Shown: piece by piece, positions 53,238-57,835 of the stretch
Numbering within the stretch: position 1 is the first letter of the stretch
Layout: each line of letters opens with the position of its first letter
Source: Octopus bimaculoides
Lineage: Eukaryota
Reading direction: 5' to 3'
NCBI RefSeq assembly: GCF_001194135.2
Contig: NC_068984.1
Coordinates: forward strand, 47,878,735 to 47,936,569
DNA: 57,835 bases
Notes under the pieces: model-generated
Told to the model about the DNA's origin: nothing
The model's input: the letters and a program-made list of their open reading frames with translations, nothing else
Databases searched by the model: none
Program-made: the position numbers and the translations under genes

Positions 53238-53712
53238 TCATTTATTTATGTAGAATAGATACCTATAGTACATATTTATAGATATGTAGAAGTGTGTATG
53301 TATATATTTTATATATTATTTCATAAGTATATAAATATGTGTGTGCGTGTCCGTGTGTGTCTGTCTGTGTCTGTGCATGTATGCACATGTATTAATATAT
53401 CGCGGCCACAAGTTTATCTTGTCGCTCAAGTACATACATAAGCACATAGACATGGTAGATCAGAGTGACCTTTAAATAAGCCAGCTGTAAACTTATTTTA
53501 TATTCCAATGAAATAGAGTAAAATATGAAATACCTTATATTTTCACATATAAACATTCATTCGCCTCGCAGCTTACAATATATAAATGTATGTATATAAT
53601 ATATATAACATTTATATGTACATTAGCTTAATCTATGGTTGTCACAAGCATAGCTGATGTTTATGTGTATGTACAGATGGGTGTTTGTCTACCAGCACCT
53701 ATGTTATGTAAG

Positions 53713-53818
53713 TGTAAACCTGTATCTCTCTCTATCTCTCTTTCTCTTTAAATATATATATATATATATATATTTGTATTTAAAGAGAAAGAGAGATAGA
53801 GAGAGATACAGGCTTACA
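53713..53818. repeat. 42-bp near-perfect inverted repeat around a (TA)n spacer
   Basis: 53713-53754 versus the reverse complement of 53777-53818 shows one mismatch. Confidence 0.95.
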
Positions 53819-53943
53819 TGAAGGCAATCTGCTGCTCTGAAACTAAGCTTGACTACTTAAAGCACAAATATAGCGTTACGTCATCAAGTGAGACCACATA
53901 GAGTTTTTGAGCCGGAGACTTAAAGACTTCCCACAAATATATA

Positions 53944-54590
53944 TCAAATGTGTCTCAGTTCTGAATCTGTTATTTCTTTGTGCGTTTTTTTGTGCATGTT
54001 TAGATGTCTTGTTAGATCTCCAGAGGGTTTACACACCTTTTGGAAAAAATGACACTGAAGAGCATTTTCGTGCATAGAATGAATGGTAATAGGGTGGTGG
54101 GTTGGTGGTAATATTGCTCTTGTTGGATCGTGAGCTATCAGACCAGCTTTTGATAGACAGTGTCTAACACAAACCTCACAATGGTATGAACTTTGTCCTG
54201 AGGTGTCCATTTACGCAGATTTCTTTTCAGTTCACAGTGATTAATTCGTTGATCTCAAAAGCTAGCACACATCTGTCCAAATATTTTCCTGCTATGATTT
54301 CCTCTCAGTTGCAAAAGATTCAATCTGTGTATATGCAACATTGATTTGACCAAGGTAAGATTTTATGTTATCTCTGAATCTTTTTCCTGGTTTACTATTT
54401 TTGCGACTCCACTCTGCCAGTTCACAATGCAGAAGTTGTTTGAGAATACGTCTATCGTCCATACGGATGACGTGTACTGTCCATTGTTATTGATGCGTCA
54501 TGAGAGGTGATCCAATAGAAAGAATTCCAGTTTGACTAAGAAACTCAGTATCTGTGGTGTCTGATTTCCACACACGCCAGCTTAATTTAA
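53944..54590 (-). mobile_element. RTE-clade LINE 3' fragment with C-terminal Cys/His fingers
   Basis: QWTVHVIRMDDRRILKQLLHCELAEWSRKNSKPGKRFRDNIK matches the RTE motif WxGHVxRMxDxRxPKQLLYGELxxGxRxxGxPxKRFxDxxK. It is followed by CEVCVRHCLSKAGLIAH and CHFFQKVCKPSGDLTRHLNMH. Confidence 0.8.
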
Positions 54591-54959
54591 TTTGTCCTTA
54601 GTTGAAAGACACCTGTTGTTATGTCCTGTTCTTTTGTATTTGTGTAACATTCTCCGTTTGTTTTCGTCCTTGTTTTCTCTGTATCGTCTATCTGGATGTT
54701 TCGTCCCCTTTTTGTATCACCTAACTGTCTGGATGTTTTGCGTTCTTGTCGTATTTTGTATTTTATATATATATATATATATNNNNNNNNNNNNNNNNNN
54801 NNNNNNNNNNNNNNNNNNNNNNNNNNNNNNNNNNNNNNNNNNNNNNNNNNNNNNNNNNTATATATATAAAGAGGAATGTCGATTATCCCCGCGTGGTAGG
54901 CTGTAATATATATATAAGAAATTTAAAAAAAGGAAAATACACACTTTACATAGTTTTAA

Positions 54960-55690
54960 TATAATTTTTAATATATGGACTGGTTTCGCTTTAGCTATTC
55001 ATGATATTTTGTATTACTTATTTGAATATATATTTTCTTAAGAAGAAATTTGTGTCCATGTTGTGTGTGATGATATTTACGAGTGAATGGTTTCACAAGT
55101 AGAAGAATAAGGGGAGGTAATTGGTTATCATCATTATTGTTGTTGTTGTGGACAAGGGAGACAACTGTTCAGGTTTCGGTAAGAGGAGGAGAATATATAT
55201 TGTGTACACACACAGACACACAGACACACACACACAAACAAACAAACAAACAAAAGGTAATGTAATCGGGAATTGAAATGTGTAATAAGATAAGAGTATT
55301 TATGCGTGCATATTAAGACGTGTTCTGTATTTTAAAAAAAGTTTTTTTATTTAAACGTTCTTGTGGAGAGATTGTCTTTGCATTGGTAGAAGGGGAAGAC
55401 TGTGAAATTTGGTTCGATGTTATCTGCACATTTTTCTATATGTTCACTGAGAGGAATTTGTCTGTACTGCGGAAAACGGATTAGCTCTTTATGTAGAGTG
55501 GTTCTCCTTCTCAAGGTCATACTCGTCTGTCCAATATAGTCATGTTCGCAACCCGAACAGGTTATTACATAAAGTAGGTTCTCAGAGGCACAACTGAAAC
55601 CAGTTTTAATTGTGAACCTCTCTTCTTGTTTGAAAAGAAAATCTTGTAAAGGAGTTTTTCCTATGCATTTGATAGACATTTCCCTAAGCC
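54960..55690 (-). mobile_element. PLE 3' fragment: GIY-YIG endonuclease plus 3' UTR
   Basis: ORF 55347-55679 contains FTIKTGFSCASENLLYVITCSGCEHDYIGQT..RRRTTLH..YRQIPLSEHI, the same lineage type as the 30.6-31.0 kb endonuclease. Confidence 0.88.
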
Positions 55691-56084
55691 ATTTTCAACT
55701 AGGATAAGGTGAAATTGTCATATGCGACATCAAATAACTTTGAGTCCCTTATTCATAACCTAATCATTAGGAATCTGAATCTGGCATGAGTAAACTCAAA
55801 ATAATATCATTCGGAATAGAGCAGGTTCTGAGAGTAGGGCAGATGATAATGCTAGGAGGTGATATCGTGACAGTTCAGATAATTCTAATTTAAATACAAA
55901 TATGAACATTAACGGAAATAATAGGAGTAACAACGGGAATGGTGTAAACCCTGGTAATAACATCACTATAAATAATAGAAATGGGTATAATAGAAATAAG
56001 AATAGTAATAATAACGATAACAATAACAATAAAGGAAAGATATGAAACAGTACAAGCGGCAACATGGTTGCAAATAATATAAAT

Positions 56085-56430
56085 ACATGCAATTACAGAG
56101 ATAAGAAAGCATGTCCTTTGGCGAATGGGTGTTTGCGGAGGAGTATATATAAATCTACAGCAAAAGCAAGTGCACTTATATATATGCATATGCAGGTGCA
56201 ACTTGTGACACCTGCAAGAACCGCTGTCGAAACCATGCTACATCATTTTCAGACAGTTGAAAGAGACAATGCACATCACTTGCAAATTTTATATGGGACA
56301 TTAAACGGAAGAAATACAAAAGAACATGACGTAGTACTACAAAATACATCATATAACTTATTCAAAAGCATGTAGCCTCTGCCTGTAAAAGATACTTGGA
56401 ATAACATTATGTAATGATAATACCATCAAC
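56085..56430 (+). mobile_element. Decayed PLE GIY-YIG relic (second lineage type)
   Basis: TCNYRDKKACPLANGCLRRSIYKST / YAGATCDTCKNRCRNHATSFSDS*KRQCTSLANFIWDIK / SKACSLCL. Confidence 0.75.
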
Positions 56431-56884
56431 AAACACTCAGAGATTATTTTAACATGTAACCATAGATTTAAAAGCTGATTTGTGGGTTTTAGAACGAATA
56501 TATAATATTAGATACTATATCAATATTTATTTATTCGAAAAGTACTTAACATGTGCTATTGACTTCTGGCAAGTTTATATTGCTATTTAACTGAGTTTGT
56601 GACTACCTGTTATATCTATCCCTTATTCACAAGTAAGTTCTATTTTAAAGCTGCAGTATCATTACTGGTAAGTTTCAATTGCATTAATTATATTACTTAC
56701 TGTCCACCGATATTGTATAAACGCATAACAACTAATATGTTAGCTAGGGTTGTTTAGAGAATGCGGAAGTGACTATAAAATGGACCTGTTTATCCTGATA
56801 GAATATTATAGCGTGAGTAGAATATACTTTGTAGAATGACATAGAGAGTCACATAGTGGAGAGCAAAATTGGAGGTGTATATTG

Positions 56885-56934
<50 letters not shown>

Positions 56935-56939
<5 letters not shown>

Positions 56940-57835
56940 TATAGGGCAGGAAATTGCCAATTAGTAATAAAATTAATAATTAACAATTTTGCCAAGTAGT
57001 TCAGTATGAAAAACACCTTTATCGGTAAAACCATTTATAATCATAAATATATAGGGATCAGCATGAGTTGCTTCACCAACATACTGAACGTTTAGAAATA
57101 GCAGTCAAAGAAGTACTGATTCCAAACTACAATTTTTTTTTTCTCTAACGGATGGCGATATTTATGGCACACACAGAACAAAAACAGAAGAGAAAAGCAA
57201 AAACAAACCTGCCTTTAGTTAATCATGTACGACGTTTCACGGTTAACTGTATAAAGCTACTCTTCTCCGATCCTCAGCATGATGTACGATAAATTTGAAA
57301 GTCTCTATATACTCATGGGAATTCGACCATGGGACATCAAAAACACATGAGGAAGGCATTCACAAAATTTATCGGCTAGTAAGTTTAAACACTTCACCCC
57401 AAGAATCTATCCCATGTGGGCCACAAATAGTCCCGTATAAAAGGGTTACAGTTTAACCATCCAATGAGAGACATCAATATAAATATACAGATATAGGGCA
57501 GGGAATTGCCAATTAGTAATAAAATTAATNNNNNNNNNNTCAATATAAATATACAGATATAGGGCAGGGAATTGCCAATTAGTAATAAAATTAATAATTA
57601 ACAATTTTGCCAACTAGTTCAGTATGAAAAAACCTTTATCAGTAAAACCATTTATAATTATAAATATATAGGGATCAGCATGAGTTGCTTCACCAACATA
57701 CTGAAAATTTAGAAATAGCAGTCAAAGAACTACTGATTTCAAACTACAAATTTTTTCTCTAACGGATGGCGAGAGAAAAAATTTGTAGTTTGGAATCAGT
57801 AGTTCTTTGACTGCTCTTTCTAAATTTTTAGTATG
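56935..57835 (-). mobile_element. PLE-type terminal repeats: tandem copy plus inverted partial copy, with hammerhead
   Basis: About 56935-57160 is repeated at about 57545-57761. 57697-57750 pairs with 57762-57835 as an inverted repeat (about 64-bp arms, 3 mismatches). The hammerhead is at 57222-57283. The left end abuts (TA)n. Confidence 0.75.
57222..57283 (-). ncRNA. Minimal type I hammerhead ribozyme with intact catalytic core
   Basis: atcatg CTGAGGA t cgg..ccg t GAAA CG-T-CG TA catgat. It has a 6-bp stem I, CUGANGA, GAAA, a GUA cleavage triplet and helix III ACG/CGU with a 1-nt loop. Confidence 0.75.

Noticed and set aside
57474-57595. Identical 56-bp sequence on both sides of a 10-N gap
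   Set aside because: This is the typical signature of an unmerged contig overlap, so it is not counted as a biological tandem copy.

Overview
This is AT-rich, repeat-dense eukaryotic non-coding DNA from a draft assembly, with 14 N-gaps almost all flanked by microsatellites. The SINE families and microsatellite load suggest an Octopus genome (inference from repeat recognition). No host protein-coding gene can be supported, and most ORF-track entries are microsatellite or N artefacts. Supported content: (i) several Penelope-like retroelements (PLEs), namely one near full-length decayed RT + GIY-YIG element (30.3-33.5 kb, minus), three GIY-YIG relics (13.3, 55.5, 56.2 kb) and terminal-repeat pieces; (ii) minimal type I hammerhead ribozyme motifs found by eye, one with an intact core and full stem I (57222-57283, minus), two head-to-head in a ~105-bp-arm foldback (43.2-43.4 kb), and decayed ones at 30355, 33687 and possibly 54975; (iii) two different R4/Dong-like REL-endonuclease LINE 3' fragments sitting in (TAA)n; (iv) RTE-clade LINE fragments; (v) many tRNA-derived SINEs of three families, labelled A/B/C here; (vi) an intron-retaining tRNA-Leu(CAA) pseudogene; (vii) a GC-rich, strongly base-paired 230-nt element at 17.2 kb. 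All translations and pairings were done by eye, with no database search or folding run. Element boundaries are approximate.
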